Origin: Oceanispirochaeta sp.
Lineage (GTDB): Bacteria > Spirochaetota > Spirochaetia > DSM-2461
Length of the DNA stretch: 64,000 nucleotides
Direction of reading: 5' to 3'
Assembly: GCA_963666275.2 (NCBI GenBank)
Contig: CAXXOA010000001.1
Coordinates: 480,001-544,000, forward strand
Below the pieces are notes generated by a model. It searched no databases and was not told the origin of the DNA. It saw only the letters and a program-made list of their open reading frames with translations. Of the stretch, positions 37,600-47,994 are shown piece after piece; position 1 is the stretch's first letter, and each line of letters starts with the position of its first letter. The translations under genes and the position numbers were made by a program.

Positions 37600-38769
37600 A
37601 TGGATAATTTTATTTTTCAGAATCCCACAAGGATCATTTTCGGGAAGGACAGTGAAAACCGGACAGGTGAAGCGGTCCTGCCTTTCAGTAAAAATATACT
37701 GCTCCACTACGGAGGAGGGTCAATAAAGAAAACAGGTCTCTACGACAGGATTACAGCGTCCCTGGACGCGGCGGGAATCGGGTATACCGAACTGCCGGGT
37801 GTAAAGCCTAATCCCCGGCTTTCTCTTGTGCAGGAAGGGATCAGAATCTGCCGGGAGAAGGATATCGATTTTGTCCTGGCCGTCGGCGGCGGGAGTGTGA
37901 TCGATTCGGCAAAAGCCATTGCCATCGGCGTTCCCTATGAGGGGGATGTCTGGGACTTCTATTCAGGCAAAGGAGTACCTGCAAAGGCCATCTCTGTGGG
38001 AACTGTTCTTACCATACCCGCAGCGGGAAGCGAGTCCAGTGACGGATCGGTCATTACAAAAGAGGAGGGCGAGCTGAAGAGGCCCTGCGGTTCGGATCTT
38101 ATGTATCCCAGAGTTTCCATTCTGAATCCCGAACTGGCCATGACACTGCCTCCCCATCAGATTGCCAACGGCATCACTGATATTATGGCCCATCTTATGG
38201 AACGGTATTTTACAAACTCACCCAATGTGGAACTGACAGACAGGATGATCGAAAGCGTTCTGAAAACAGTTATCCATAACGGCCCTCTGGTTCTGAAGAA
38301 CCCCAAAGATTACGATGCCTGGGCGGAGATCATGTGGGCCGGGACAATCGCCCATAATAATCTTCTCAACACAGGACGGATGGGAGACTGGGGATCCCAT
38401 GATATCGAACATGAACTGAGCGGGATCTACGATGTGGCCCATGGCGCCGGTCTTGCCGTGGTTTTCCCTGCCTGGATGAAGTATGTGTATACCCATGATA
38501 TCACCCGTTTTGTTCAGTTTGCCGTGAGGGTCTGGAATGTGGAAAGCGATTACAGGGATCCTGAATCCACCGCTCAGGCGGGGATCGCCGCTCTTGAGAA
38601 CTTCTTTCAGTCCATCGGTCAGGCTGTCCGGCTCAGAGGATTATCCATAGACAGCAGCCGCCTGAGCGAAATGGCACGGAAAGCGACCGATTCGGATGCC
38701 AGGCATCTGGGGCAGTTTGTTCCTCTCTGGGAGGACGATGTCTTTGAAATTCTGAAGCTGGCGCTGTAA
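37600..38769 (+). CDS. Iron-containing alcohol dehydrogenase (butanol dehydrogenase Bdh/YqhD-like)
   Basis: NPTRIIFG, GGGSIKK, AVGGGSVID, AHLMERY, HDIEHELS, HGAGL. Confidence 0.92.
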   Translation: MDNFIFQNPTRIIFGKDSENRTGEAVLPFSKNILLHYGGGSIKKTGLYDRITASLDAAGIGYTELPGVKPNPRLSLVQEGIRICREKDIDFVLAVGGGSVIDSAKAIAIGVPYEGDVWDFYSGKGVPAKAISVGTVLTIPAAGSESSDGSVITKEEGELKRPCGSDLMYPRVSILNPELAMTLPPHQIANGITDIMAHLMERYFTNSPNVELTDRMIESVLKTVIHNGPLVLKNPKDYDAWAEIMWAGTIAHNNLLNTGRMGDWGSHDIEHELSGIYDVAHGAGLAVVFPAWMKYVYTHDITRFVQFAVRVWNVESDYRDPESTAQAGIAALENFFQSIGQAVRLRGLSIDSSRLSEMARKATDSDARHLGQFVPLWEDDVFEILKLAL

Positions 38770-38779
38770 AGGGGCGTCC

Positions 38780-39787
38780 CTATTCCAGAATAATAAACTC
38801 AACCCGTCTGTTCAGAGCTCTTCCCGACTCATCAGAGTTCTGAGCAACAGGTTTTGTTCCTCCGTATCCTTTTACAGAGAGGCGTTTCTCATCTATTCCC
38901 TTATCTATCAGATAGCTTTTCACAGCTTCGGCTCTCAACAGGGACAGTCTGTACTGGGCCCCTGAGGTCCCCACATCCGCCGTGTGGCCTACAATTTCAA
39001 GATTGTACTTTGTTCTGTTTATCTGTTCATAAAGGCGCATCATCTCCGCCTCCGATTCGGGAAGAATCGTATCTGTATTCGCCTCAAAATGAATGGCCCT
39101 GGTGACAAGAAAAACTTTTTCGCTATGGATGGCATTGAGGATCTCCTGAAATCTTCTGAACTTTTCGGGAGATATCTCCTGAGGCTGAGAGGGGGGAGTC
39201 TCGGCTTTCACAACTGTTTTTTTCTGAAATGCCAGAAGGAGGCTGCTTCCCGGAATGGCCGGATTCCTGACTTCGGTAATCCCGGAAAGTGCATAGACAA
39301 CAGTCTGCCCCTGATCCGCTTCAAAAACCAGGTCCGTACCCCGTATTCCCGCAGTCATATCCTGGGTTGCGATTTCCAGATACTGGGACGAAAAGAGCTT
39401 ATGGAAGCGTCCGAACAGCCGCCCCTTTTCTACATGGACCAACAGGTTCTGCAGAGTGGATTTGTCAAGAATGACTCTGGTATTGCGGTCCAGCCGCATC
39501 AGGGTATCTGCTGTGATCCTCAGATCCATTTCGCCGTCCAGACCTGTTTTCAGTCCTGATCCGGCTGGAATCTTCTGCCCCACCTGGGGAATCTCCCATT
39601 CCCCGGCCCCGACTTCCCTGTAGTAGCACTCCCCGCTGATATATGTTAAGTATGGAGTTTCGTGAATCAGAACCGGAGTCCGGATCATAAGCAGTTCTTT
39701 GGAGCTGAACACAATTACAGCAATAATTATGGCTGTCATCACAGATAATCCTGTTATTATCAGTACTCCTGTTTTACGATTAACCAT
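38780..39787 (-). CDS. Membrane-anchored FecR-domain plus OmpA-like peptidoglycan-binding protein
   Basis: N-terminal TM; AGIRGT (FecR); GHTAD, LSLLRAEAV, GYGGTKP, NRRVEF (OmpA_C). Confidence 0.85.
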   Translation of the reverse strand: MVNRKTGVLIITGLSVMTAIIIAVIVFSSKELLMIRTPVLIHETPYLTYISGECYYREVGAGEWEIPQVGQKIPAGSGLKTGLDGEMDLRITADTLMRLDRNTRVILDKSTLQNLLVHVEKGRLFGRFHKLFSSQYLEIATQDMTAGIRGTDLVFEADQGQTVVYALSGITEVRNPAIPGSSLLLAFQKKTVVKAETPPSQPQEISPEKFRRFQEILNAIHSEKVFLVTRAIHFEANTDTILPESEAEMMRLYEQINRTKYNLEIVGHTADVGTSGAQYRLSLLRAEAVKSYLIDKGIDEKRLSVKGYGGTKPVAQNSDESGRALNRRVEFIILE

Positions 39788-39865
39788 AGGGACTCCTGTT
39801 TTTTACGGGAAAATCTGGGTTTTTGAAACCTGTTTACAATATAGACCAACCTAAGGAGAAAAACT

Positions 39866-41752
39866 ATGACTATACCATCACTATTTCAGGACATAGCAGA
39901 TCAGAACGGTGATGTCATAAGCCAGCTGTCCAGAGAGGGAGCGAAAAAAAAGTTCCACCCTGTGACCTATGGCGAGCTCTATACAATCGTGGAGGCTCTT
40001 GCCTGGAGTCTGGATAAACATGGTGTTGCAAGAGGTCTCCATGTGGGGCTGATCAGTGATAACAGGAAAGAGTGGCTGGCTCTGGATCTGGCGATCCTTT
40101 CGCTGGGAGCGGCGGATGTTCCCAGAGGCTGCGATACCATGGCAGGAGAGCTGGAGTATATTCTCAGTTTTTCAGAATGCCCCATTACCATCCTGGAAAA
40201 CACAAAACAGCTGGAAAAGATTCTGACCTGTGCGGATAATCTTAAAGATCTGAAAAAAGTCATTCTTATTGACGGCGGTCAGGTTCCGGCGGACTGCCCC
40301 TGGGAGGTTCTGGAGTATCAGGCTCTCCTGGAAGAGGGGATGAAAGGAAAAACAGAGGATTTTCTGAGAACCCGTATTGCCGAAGGAAAAGAGGACGACC
40401 TGGCAACCCTGATATACACATCCGGAACCACGGGCGAGCCGAAAGGGGTTATGCTCAGCCATGGGAATTTCCTCTGTCAGATTGAAAATATCCATGATGT
40501 GGCCCGTCTGGACCATGGGGACATCTGGCTCAGCATCCTGCCTGTATGGCACTCTCTGGAGAGGGTGGCCCAGTACATTGCCATGGGTGCGGTCAATACT
40601 ATCGCCTATTCCAAGCCCATAGGAAAGGTCATGCTCATGGATCTGCAGGAGCTGAATCCCCAGTGGATGGCCTCGGTTCCCAGGATCTGGCTGGCCATCG
40701 AAGCGGGTGTTATCAGAAATATCAGGGCCAAAGGACCGGTCGCCTGGGGGCTGTTCCGTTTTTTCCTGGCAGTGGCTAAGGCCCGGCAGGCCATGCAGAA
40801 CAGACTCACAGGCTGTGTGGCAGACTTTCACAGGAAAATTACCTTTCCCTTTTATATTCTGTACCCCATACCCTGGCTTGTCCTTACGCCTCTGAAAAAA
40901 CTGGGGGATCTGCTGATTTTCAATAAAATTCAGGAAAAAGTGGGAACCCGGTTCAAAGCGGGGATCTCCGGCGGCGGGGCTCTGCCTCCAAGAATTTACA
41001 AGTTCTTCCAGGCCATCGGTATACAGATCCTGGAGGGCTACGGTTTAACCGAAACCGCTCCGGTCGTGGCGTTCAGTCCCCAGCACCATCCTGTCATGGG
41101 TGTTGTGGGGCGCCCCTATCCCCAGCTGACCCAGATCAAAGTTGTGGATGAAACAGGTAAAACCCTGCCTCCCGGTGAGAAGGGTGTGGTAATGCTCAAA
41201 GGCCGTCAGGTCATGAAAGGGTACTACAAAAAGCCCGAGGCCACGGCACAAATGATTGATTCCGATGGGTGGCTCAACTCGGGAGATCTGGGAATCATGA
41301 CTGTAAAAGGGGAACTGAAAATCATTGGCCGCCAGAAGGATACCATAGTTCTCCTGGGGGGTGAGAATATCGAGCCTGTTCCCATGGAACAGAAGCTCTC
41401 TGAGTCTCCCTACATCGAACAGGCCGTTGTGGTCGGGCAGGATCAGAAATATCTGGCTGCCCTGATTGTTCCGGACTTTGACGCCCTGGAAGCCTATGCT
41501 CAGGAAAATAATCTGGCCTATGAGAACAGGATCCATCTGAAGGATGTTCATGCCATTCTGGAGCTTCTGACGGATGAAATCAATCAGCTCATAAGCAGCA
41601 GAAACGGCTTCCGTCCCTTTGAGAGGATATTCAAGTTTGAAGTGCTCAGACACTCATTTGAAGTAGGGAAGGAACTGTCGGGCAAGCAGGATCTGAAACG
41701 TCATGCCATTGCGGAAATCTACAAAAAAGAGATTGCCGGGCTGTTTGACTAA
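39866..41752 (+). CDS. Long-chain fatty acid--CoA ligase
   Basis: YTSGTTGEPKG, GYGLTE, SGDLG, GRQKDTIVL.GGEN. Confidence 0.92.
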   Translation: MTIPSLFQDIADQNGDVISQLSREGAKKKFHPVTYGELYTIVEALAWSLDKHGVARGLHVGLISDNRKEWLALDLAILSLGAADVPRGCDTMAGELEYILSFSECPITILENTKQLEKILTCADNLKDLKKVILIDGGQVPADCPWEVLEYQALLEEGMKGKTEDFLRTRIAEGKEDDLATLIYTSGTTGEPKGVMLSHGNFLCQIENIHDVARLDHGDIWLSILPVWHSLERVAQYIAMGAVNTIAYSKPIGKVMLMDLQELNPQWMASVPRIWLAIEAGVIRNIRAKGPVAWGLFRFFLAVAKARQAMQNRLTGCVADFHRKITFPFYILYPIPWLVLTPLKKLGDLLIFNKIQEKVGTRFKAGISGGGALPPRIYKFFQAIGIQILEGYGLTETAPVVAFSPQHHPVMGVVGRPYPQLTQIKVVDETGKTLPPGEKGVVMLKGRQVMKGYYKKPEATAQMIDSDGWLNSGDLGIMTVKGELKIIGRQKDTIVLLGGENIEPVPMEQKLSESPYIEQAVVVGQDQKYLAALIVPDFDALEAYAQENNLAYENRIHLKDVHAILELLTDEINQLISSRNGFRPFERIFKFEVLRHSFEVGKELSGKQDLKRHAIAEIYKKEIAGLFD

Positions 41753-41821
41753 GGAGAGCCCTCACATCTGTCCTCTCGCCTTTAGGGATAGAGTACTAAA
41801 GGGTGAGGGGCTGAAAGACAT

Positions 41822-41858
41822 AAAAAAAGCTCCGGTCCGGAGTGAAGGGACCAGAGCA
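41822..41858 (-). terminator. Probable terminator of the efflux operon, within a cluster of hairpins at 41755-41936
   Basis: A tract followed by GCTCCGGTCC...GGACCAGAGC; further inverted repeats at 41889-41900/41925-41936. Confidence 0.55.
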
Positions 41859-41940
41859 GATCTTTATTTAAAATGATGAAAATAGCCGGTTGGGTTGTTG
41901 TTGGGTTGTATAGCAATAAAACCCCAACAACCCAACTGTC

Positions 41941-43281
41941 TCAGAAGGGAAGCTGGTCCCCTTCGCCGATGGCCTGCTGCCACTGGAAGTAGCCGTTCAG
42001 GTAATCGAAGATGGCTGAATAGTAGTTCAGTCTGGCGCCGGAGAGGCTCAGACGGGCGTCTTTCAAATCCAGCTGGGTGGCCATACCGTTCCTGGAGGAT
42101 ATTTCCATAATGTTGTAGGCTTTTTCCGCTGTTTTCAGGGTTGTCTCGGCTGATACAATGCGGGAGGATGCTTCATCCAGCTGAAGCTGGATATTTCGGA
42201 TTTCCGTACGGATATCATCTTGAGATTTCAGCAGATCCACCCGGGAGTTTTCCAGCTCCAGCCGGGCCTGCTCCATCTGGGCAAAACGGCTGCCTCCATA
42301 GTAAATGGGAATGGTCAGGCTCAGTCCGGCCATCATGGCATCGGTTCCATCGTTAAAATCAAAATCATCACTGGATTTCTGCCAGCCATAGGAGAAAGAG
42401 GCCGAAAGGGTGGGGAAGAACTGGGCTCTTACAGCACTCACATTGATCTCTCTAAGTTTTATCTCTCCCTGCTGGGCCTGATAGTCCGGGCGGGAGGAGA
42501 AAATCTCACCCAGCGCGATGTTCGTATCCGCATCGGGTATTTCCGTCAGGGATTCTGTGAGTTCAATTGGCTCTTCCGGGGCAAGGCCTGCCAGATGTTT
42601 CAGATTAGATAGGGCCATATCTCTGTTTCGGGCGGCCTGTGTGGTTTCGGGGATATTCATCTGCCAGTTCACCTGGGCCTGAAGGACTTCCAGTTCCGAA
42701 GCCAGATCGTTGTCGAACTTTTTCTGGATATCCTCATAGGTTTCCCGGGCATTCTGTTCGGTTTCTGAAGTGACCTGATACACCTCTTCCATCAGTTTCG
42801 TCTGATAGTACACCTGCTTGGCCGCTGTCAGGATGCCCTGCCGGGTGGCTTCGTAGATGGTGCCTGTCATATTTTTATACTGACGGCTCGCCTCCAGGGC
42901 TTTGAAAACCTGCATGTCGAAGAGGAGCTGCTGAACACCTACGCCATAGGAGAATTCATTGTCATAGTTATATGGTATATCTGCATAGATAAGATCCTGA
43001 TAACCATAGTCATTTGTATATGGATAGGCTCCCACAGGATAGGGCTGGGTGATTTCAATGAAATTTCTCGTATACCCCACGCTTCCCGCGATCATGGGCC
43101 TGGTCTGGGACCGGGCCAGCTTATCCTGAACATCCGCCAGTTTCTGACTGATATCCGCCTGATACAGGTCTTTGCTGTTCTCCTCAACCAGGGCCATATA
43201 GTCGGCCAGACTGAGCTCCAGTGCCGGAAGAGTCCATAATGCCGCCAGGGACAGGAGTAGGGTCAGTAACAGTTTTTTCAT
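41941..43281 (-). CDS. TolC-family outer membrane efflux protein
   Basis: Signal peptide, duplicated helical repeats, FFPTLS, G.ATQLDL; last gene of the RND operon. Confidence 0.88.
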   Translation of the reverse strand: MKKLLLTLLLSLAALWTLPALELSLADYMALVEENSKDLYQADISQKLADVQDKLARSQTRPMIAGSVGYTRNFIEITQPYPVGAYPYTNDYGYQDLIYADIPYNYDNEFSYGVGVQQLLFDMQVFKALEASRQYKNMTGTIYEATRQGILTAAKQVYYQTKLMEEVYQVTSETEQNARETYEDIQKKFDNDLASELEVLQAQVNWQMNIPETTQAARNRDMALSNLKHLAGLAPEEPIELTESLTEIPDADTNIALGEIFSSRPDYQAQQGEIKLREINVSAVRAQFFPTLSASFSYGWQKSSDDFDFNDGTDAMMAGLSLTIPIYYGGSRFAQMEQARLELENSRVDLLKSQDDIRTEIRNIQLQLDEASSRIVSAETTLKTAEKAYNIMEISSRNGMATQLDLKDARLSLSGARLNYYSAIFDYLNGYFQWQQAIGEGDQLPF

Positions 43282-46200
43282 GCCTGGGCCTCCGCTTTTT
43301 TCATTTTTTTCAGTCGTTTTTTCTCTTTCTTGGCTTCCTTTCCCGATTCCAGGGTATTCTCAACAGCCGGAATGACAAAGAGGGTCAGGAAGGTTGCGGC
43401 AATGAGTCCTCCGATACTGACAAGACCCATGGGCTGCCGCATTTCCGCACCGGAGGATCCTATACCCATAGCCATGGGGAGCATACCCAGAATGGTAGCG
43501 ATATTGGCCATCAGAATAGGCTGGAGTTTGGTGGGACAGGCTTCCAGAAGGGCCGTCCGCACATCCTTGCCGGCGGCTCTGAGCTGGTTTGTGTATTCCA
43601 GAATCAGGATCGCATTGTTAACAACCATACCGACGAGCATGATGATAGCCATCATGGAGACCATGTTCATGGTAAACCCTCCGATCAGGAAGAGTATGAC
43701 CACTCCGATAAGGGAGAGAGGGACTGTCGACAGGATCAGCAGGGGCTGGGCAATCTTTTCCAGTATCGCCGCCAGGAGCATATAGGTCAGGATGATGGCG
43801 ATGATGAAGGCAAATCCCATCTTGGCCATGGTGTCGGCCATCATTTCCGCATCTCCGCCCCATCTCAGTTCCACTTCCCGGGGAAGCAGATCATCTGCGA
43901 TCTCTTCTATGGCCGCTGAGGCTGTACCCAGAACAGCACCGGGAAGGAGGTTGGAGCTTATGGATACAGAGGTCTTCTTGTCGATCCTTGTGAGCTGGCT
44001 GACCCCTTCCTCTATGGCTATTTCCGCAAAGAACGAGAGAGGATAGACACCGCTGCGGGTTGTCACAGGGATATTCCGGATACTTTCATAACTGGAAACT
44101 TCCGTATCCGCCAGGGTGACTCTTATATCATACTCTCTGGAATCGGACTTCATCTGAGTCATCACAAGCCCCTCGATGGAACTTCTCATACTCATGGCCA
44201 GCTCCTGGACGGTTACGCCCATTTCCGAGAGATTCTGCCTGTTAGGGTAGAGGGTAATTTCGGGTTTTCCCGCTTTGACACTGGAATTGATTCCCGTCAG
44301 GCCCGGAACGTTCCGCATCTCCTCTTTCATCAGATTGGTATACTCTTTGAGCAGATCCATATCATCGCTCTGAAGATAGAAGGCGACGGGGGCCGTTTCT
44401 CCTCCCATTCCGCCCGAGGCGGTTCCCACCCGGATAACAGCTCCGGGTATGTCGCTGAGGGCGGCACCGATCCGGCTGGCCACAATGGCATTGCTCTCCC
44501 TCAGATCCTTATGGATAAGAGTCAGGCTCAGACGGGCCATATTGGTTCCCTGATCCATGCTGGAGAGGGATCCCAGGTTGGTTACGATCTGATCCACTTC
44601 GCTGAATCCGGCAATCCTGTCTTCTATGATTTTTATGAGCTCGGCGGTCTGCGCCAGCGAGGCGTCTTCGGAAAGCTCTACTTCCACAGAGACATTACCG
44701 CTGTCCATGGCAGGCTGGAACTCAAAGGGGATCAGGGAAAACGCCGCCATGGAAAGGACAAAAAGTATCACAGTGGCCAGAATCAGCAGGCCGCTGCGGA
44801 GTCTGTTATGAAGGATCTTTTCCAGAAGGAAGGCGTAGCCTCTTTCAAGGGATTTGAAGAAATCCTCTATGCTCCGGGAAATCCTGTTTTTCTTTTTGGG
44901 CTGTTCCGGAAGGAGCAGCGATGCCAGCATGGGGGTCAGGGTAAAGGAGACCACAAGAGAAAACAGGGTGGCAATAACAACTGTCAGGGCAAAATCCCCT
45001 ATGAATTCTCCTACGATTCCGCCCATGGTTCCCAGAGGCAGGAATACACAGACATTGGTCATGGTTGAGGCGATCACCGCAATGGTTACCTCTGCCGTAC
45101 CAGATGCGGCCGCAGTTTTCCTGTCGTGTCCCATCCCTTTATGGCGGAATATATTCTCCAGAACAACCACCGAGTTCATTACAAGAACACCTACTGAAGT
45201 GGAAAGTCCCATCAGGGACATCAGGTTCAGGGTAATTCCCATCTGATTCAGGATGATGAATGTGGGTATGATCGAAAGGGGCATGGACAGGGCAACAATC
45301 AGGGTGGAACGGAAGTCATGCAGGAAGAAGAGCAGGATAGCCGCCGTAAAGATAATACCAAGGAGGATATTGCTCAGAGTATCGTTGACTGTGTCCTGAA
45401 TAAAAACCGAGTCATCCATGGTGATGCTTATATTCACACTTTCAGGAAGGGTCTTTTCCAGTTCGGGAATCAGTTCCTTTACCTCTTCGGCCACATTTAC
45501 AGGATTTCCTTCGGGAGATTTGATAATACTAAGGAGGACTGTATTATCCTGACGGATATTGTCGCCTGTGTTGAAGTAGGTTACTCTCTGGCGGACATCT
45601 TCGGAGGCAGGCTCTATCCGGGCAATCTGCCCCAGCTGACGCATTCCGGACGCCGTGGGCACTTCCACTTTTTCCAGTTCTTCCGTAGAGCTAATACGTC
45701 CGCTCAGGTTGACCGAATAGTCTTCTGTTCTGTTCTGAAAGTTACCGCCGGGCATATCCATATTGGCATAGGCCAGGATTCCGGCAACCTGAGACAGATC
45801 AATGGAGTTTTCATATATCGTCCTGTTCTGGAACTCCACCCGGATTTCCCGCTGAAAACCACCGGTTACATTCACGCTTCCTACACCATTAATCTGGGAA
45901 ATTCTGTCTTTGACTGTTCCGTCGGCCAGATAGAACAGTTCGGTGGGATCAATCTCGCCGCTCAGAAGGATCTCCATAACCGGAGAGGCGGAGATATCGA
46001 TTTTGGATGCCACAGGTGCCTCTGCCGATTCGGGCAGATCATTGACAATGGCATCGATCTTCTCTTTCACATCCTGCAGGGCTATGTCGGAGCCTTTGTC
46101 CAGTTCGAATTCCAGAATAATTATGGAAGCACTGTTCAAACTGTAGGAGGTAATTGAGTTCAGCAGGCTTATCTGGCTGACCTCATCTTCAATCTTTTTG

Positions 46201-46391
46201 GTTATAAGGTCCTCTATCTGCTGGGGGGCCGCCCCGGGATAGATTGTCTGTATGGTAATGTAGGGAATTTCCGCATCGGGCATCAGGTTGAGAGGCAGAT
46301 TGGAAAATCCTATTATCCCGAAGAGGAGCAGTCCGATCATGAGCATAGAGATCAGAACCGGTCGTTTTATGGATATATCTGATAGAAACAC
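43278..46391 (-). CDS. RND efflux permease (AcrB/AcrD/AcrF family)
   Basis: SIKRPV, YPGAAP, NSVVVLENI, TLTPML, VNNAIL, PILM; GTG start behind AGGAG. Confidence 0.95.
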   Translation of the reverse strand: MFLSDISIKRPVLISMLMIGLLLFGIIGFSNLPLNLMPDAEIPYITIQTIYPGAAPQQIEDLITKKIEDEVSQISLLNSITSYSLNSASIIILEFELDKGSDIALQDVKEKIDAIVNDLPESAEAPVASKIDISASPVMEILLSGEIDPTELFYLADGTVKDRISQINGVGSVNVTGGFQREIRVEFQNRTIYENSIDLSQVAGILAYANMDMPGGNFQNRTEDYSVNLSGRISSTEELEKVEVPTASGMRQLGQIARIEPASEDVRQRVTYFNTGDNIRQDNTVLLSIIKSPEGNPVNVAEEVKELIPELEKTLPESVNISITMDDSVFIQDTVNDTLSNILLGIIFTAAILLFFLHDFRSTLIVALSMPLSIIPTFIILNQMGITLNLMSLMGLSTSVGVLVMNSVVVLENIFRHKGMGHDRKTAAASGTAEVTIAVIASTMTNVCVFLPLGTMGGIVGEFIGDFALTVVIATLFSLVVSFTLTPMLASLLLPEQPKKKNRISRSIEDFFKSLERGYAFLLEKILHNRLRSGLLILATVILFVLSMAAFSLIPFEFQPAMDSGNVSVEVELSEDASLAQTAELIKIIEDRIAGFSEVDQIVTNLGSLSSMDQGTNMARLSLTLIHKDLRESNAIVASRIGAALSDIPGAVIRVGTASGGMGGETAPVAFYLQSDDMDLLKEYTNLMKEEMRNVPGLTGINSSVKAGKPEITLYPNRQNLSEMGVTVQELAMSMRSSIEGLVMTQMKSDSREYDIRVTLADTEVSSYESIRNIPVTTRSGVYPLSFFAEIAIEEGVSQLTRIDKKTSVSISSNLLPGAVLGTASAAIEEIADDLLPREVELRWGGDAEMMADTMAKMGFAFIIAIILTYMLLAAILEKIAQPLLILSTVPLSLIGVVILFLIGGFTMNMVSMMAIIMLVGMVVNNAILILEYTNQLRAAGKDVRTALLEACPTKLQPILMANIATILGMLPMAMGIGSSGAEMRQPMGLVSIGGLIAATFLTLFVIPAVENTLESGKEAKKEKKRLKKMKKAEAQA

Positions 46392-46526
46392 AAATTTTCT
46401 CCTGTAATCTAAATTCCACACCCCCGCTCTTCAGCTTCGCCCGGAGACCGGGGGAAATAGGAATTGAATTGTTTCACTCTTTGTTCATAGATTCTCTGGC
46501 TATGAACAAAGAAAGTTCAGTCGTAT

Positions 46527-46662
46527 CGGTCCCTGAGCGGAGCCGAATGCGGTCCCTGAGCGGAGCCGAATGCGGTCCCTGAGCGGAGCCGAATGCGGTC
46601 CCTGAGCGGAGCCGAATGCGGTCCCTGAGCGGAGCCGAATGCGGTCCCTGAGCGGAGCCGAA
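46527..46662. repeat. 6 x 23-bp tandem array CGGTCCCTGAGCGGAGCCGAATG (last unit ends GAA, followed by a G8 run)
   Basis: Directly visible, identical units with no spacers, intergenic between the MFP and RND genes. Confidence 0.97.
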
Positions 46663-46670
46663 GGGGGGGG

Positions 46671-47735
46671 CTATTCGTTCAGTACAAGCTGGCTGTCTGA
46701 TTCTTCCACAACCAGAACCGGAGACTGATCTCGCACAAGGGTTGATCCCTGGGTGATCAGTTTGTCATCCGGCTGGAGTCCGGCTACCACCTGGTAGAAC
46801 ATTCCCTGCCTTTCTCCGGTTTTGATAATCCTTCTGACAGCATAGCCGTCTTTATCGACGAAGACATACCAGTCATCCTGGGATTTCAGGATTTCATTCC
46901 TGTGTACCACGATGGTATCTTCTATCAGTTTGGTTTCAATATCAATTTCCGCTGTGATACCGCTGGGAATCGCATGGGCGGTATTGTCAAACCGCACCTG
47001 TACGGCAAAAGCTTTTCTCTGGTTGTCCATGGCAAGGTCTACCCGGGTCACTTCACCCTGGAGTTCAATGCCCTCCCATTCGGCTGTGGCTCTCTGGCCG
47101 GTCTGAATCTGCCGGATCTCATGATCCGCCACCCAGACTGTTGTTGTCAGGGCATCGTAATTGGATACTGTAAAGAGGCTGTCGCCGGGATGAACATTGT
47201 CCGACTCCTGAACTCCCAGCCGGATGATATAACCGGAAAGGGGCGATTTCACTTCCACCATATCCTGAACGGCAATCCAGTTGGCTCTCTGCACATCGTA
47301 CTGGGTTTTGGCATCGTCGTAAGACTGGCGGGAGATACCGTTGTTTTCATACAGGCTTGCAACCCTTTTGAAGGCCTGTTCGGCCGCTTCAAAACCGGCT
47401 TTTGCCTGGTAGTAGTTGGCGGCAGGATTACTTTTGGGAAACCGGATCACAGGCTGATCTTTTTCCACATAGTCTCCGATATTAACAAGGATCTCTTCTA
47501 CCGTATCGGAGACAAGAGATGATCCTGTTGACTCCTTCATTCCTTTCAGGGATGAGGTATAGGTCAGATAGGTGGAAAAATCCTGTTTGCCTATATTCCT
47601 CACCTTCACAGGGATGCCCTGTTCCTGGTAGATCTCCTCCATGTTCTTCATGGCGGTGGGGTCTTCTTTCTGGCAGGATACTACCAGTACAATCATCAAT
47701 AGCAGTACTATCGGTTGGATCATCTCTTTTAACAT
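46671..47735 (-). CDS. RND periplasmic adaptor (membrane fusion) lipoprotein
   Basis: VVSC lipobox, GDYVEKDQP, GISRQ.YD, KSPLSG, GLQPDDKLI. Confidence 0.9.
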   Translation of the reverse strand: MLKEMIQPIVLLLMIVLVVSCQKEDPTAMKNMEEIYQEQGIPVKVRNIGKQDFSTYLTYTSSLKGMKESTGSSLVSDTVEEILVNIGDYVEKDQPVIRFPKSNPAANYYQAKAGFEAAEQAFKRVASLYENNGISRQSYDDAKTQYDVQRANWIAVQDMVEVKSPLSGYIIRLGVQESDNVHPGDSLFTVSNYDALTTTVWVADHEIRQIQTGQRATAEWEGIELQGEVTRVDLAMDNQRKAFAVQVRFDNTAHAIPSGITAEIDIETKLIEDTIVVHRNEILKSQDDWYVFVDKDGYAVRRIIKTGERQGMFYQVVAGLQPDDKLITQGSTLVRDQSPVLVVEESDSQLVLNE

Positions 47736-47885
47736 TTCATTCTCTCCTGAATATTCTTTTAAGCCGATCCCGATCTGCACAGGGGGCCGGCTTCTTTTTC
47801 CTTCTGCATCTCCGGGAAATTCCTCTTCCCGGCGGTTTTACTATAATCTACTGTTTTTTATCCTTTGCGACTATTAACAGAATGG

Positions 47886-47918
47886 GAACAAATCTGAACA
47901 AAAAGTTCATATTTGTTC
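47886..47918. promoter_or_regulatory. Candidate OmpR-family operator: GAACAAA repeats with 10-bp period on both strands
   Basis: GAACAAA at 47886 and 47896; AAAGTTC at 47902 and TTTGTTC at 47912; lies in the divergent promoter region. Confidence 0.5.
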
Positions 47919-47994
47919 GGTCTCCTTTCATTGCTTTAACAGGTAAGCTGTGTAAAACTGTTCTTTATAAATCAAAACTCTTTGGAGACCCTGT

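Noticed and set aside
46527..46662. CRISPR array (23-bp repeats)
   Set aside because: Identical contiguous units with no unique spacers, leader or cas genes
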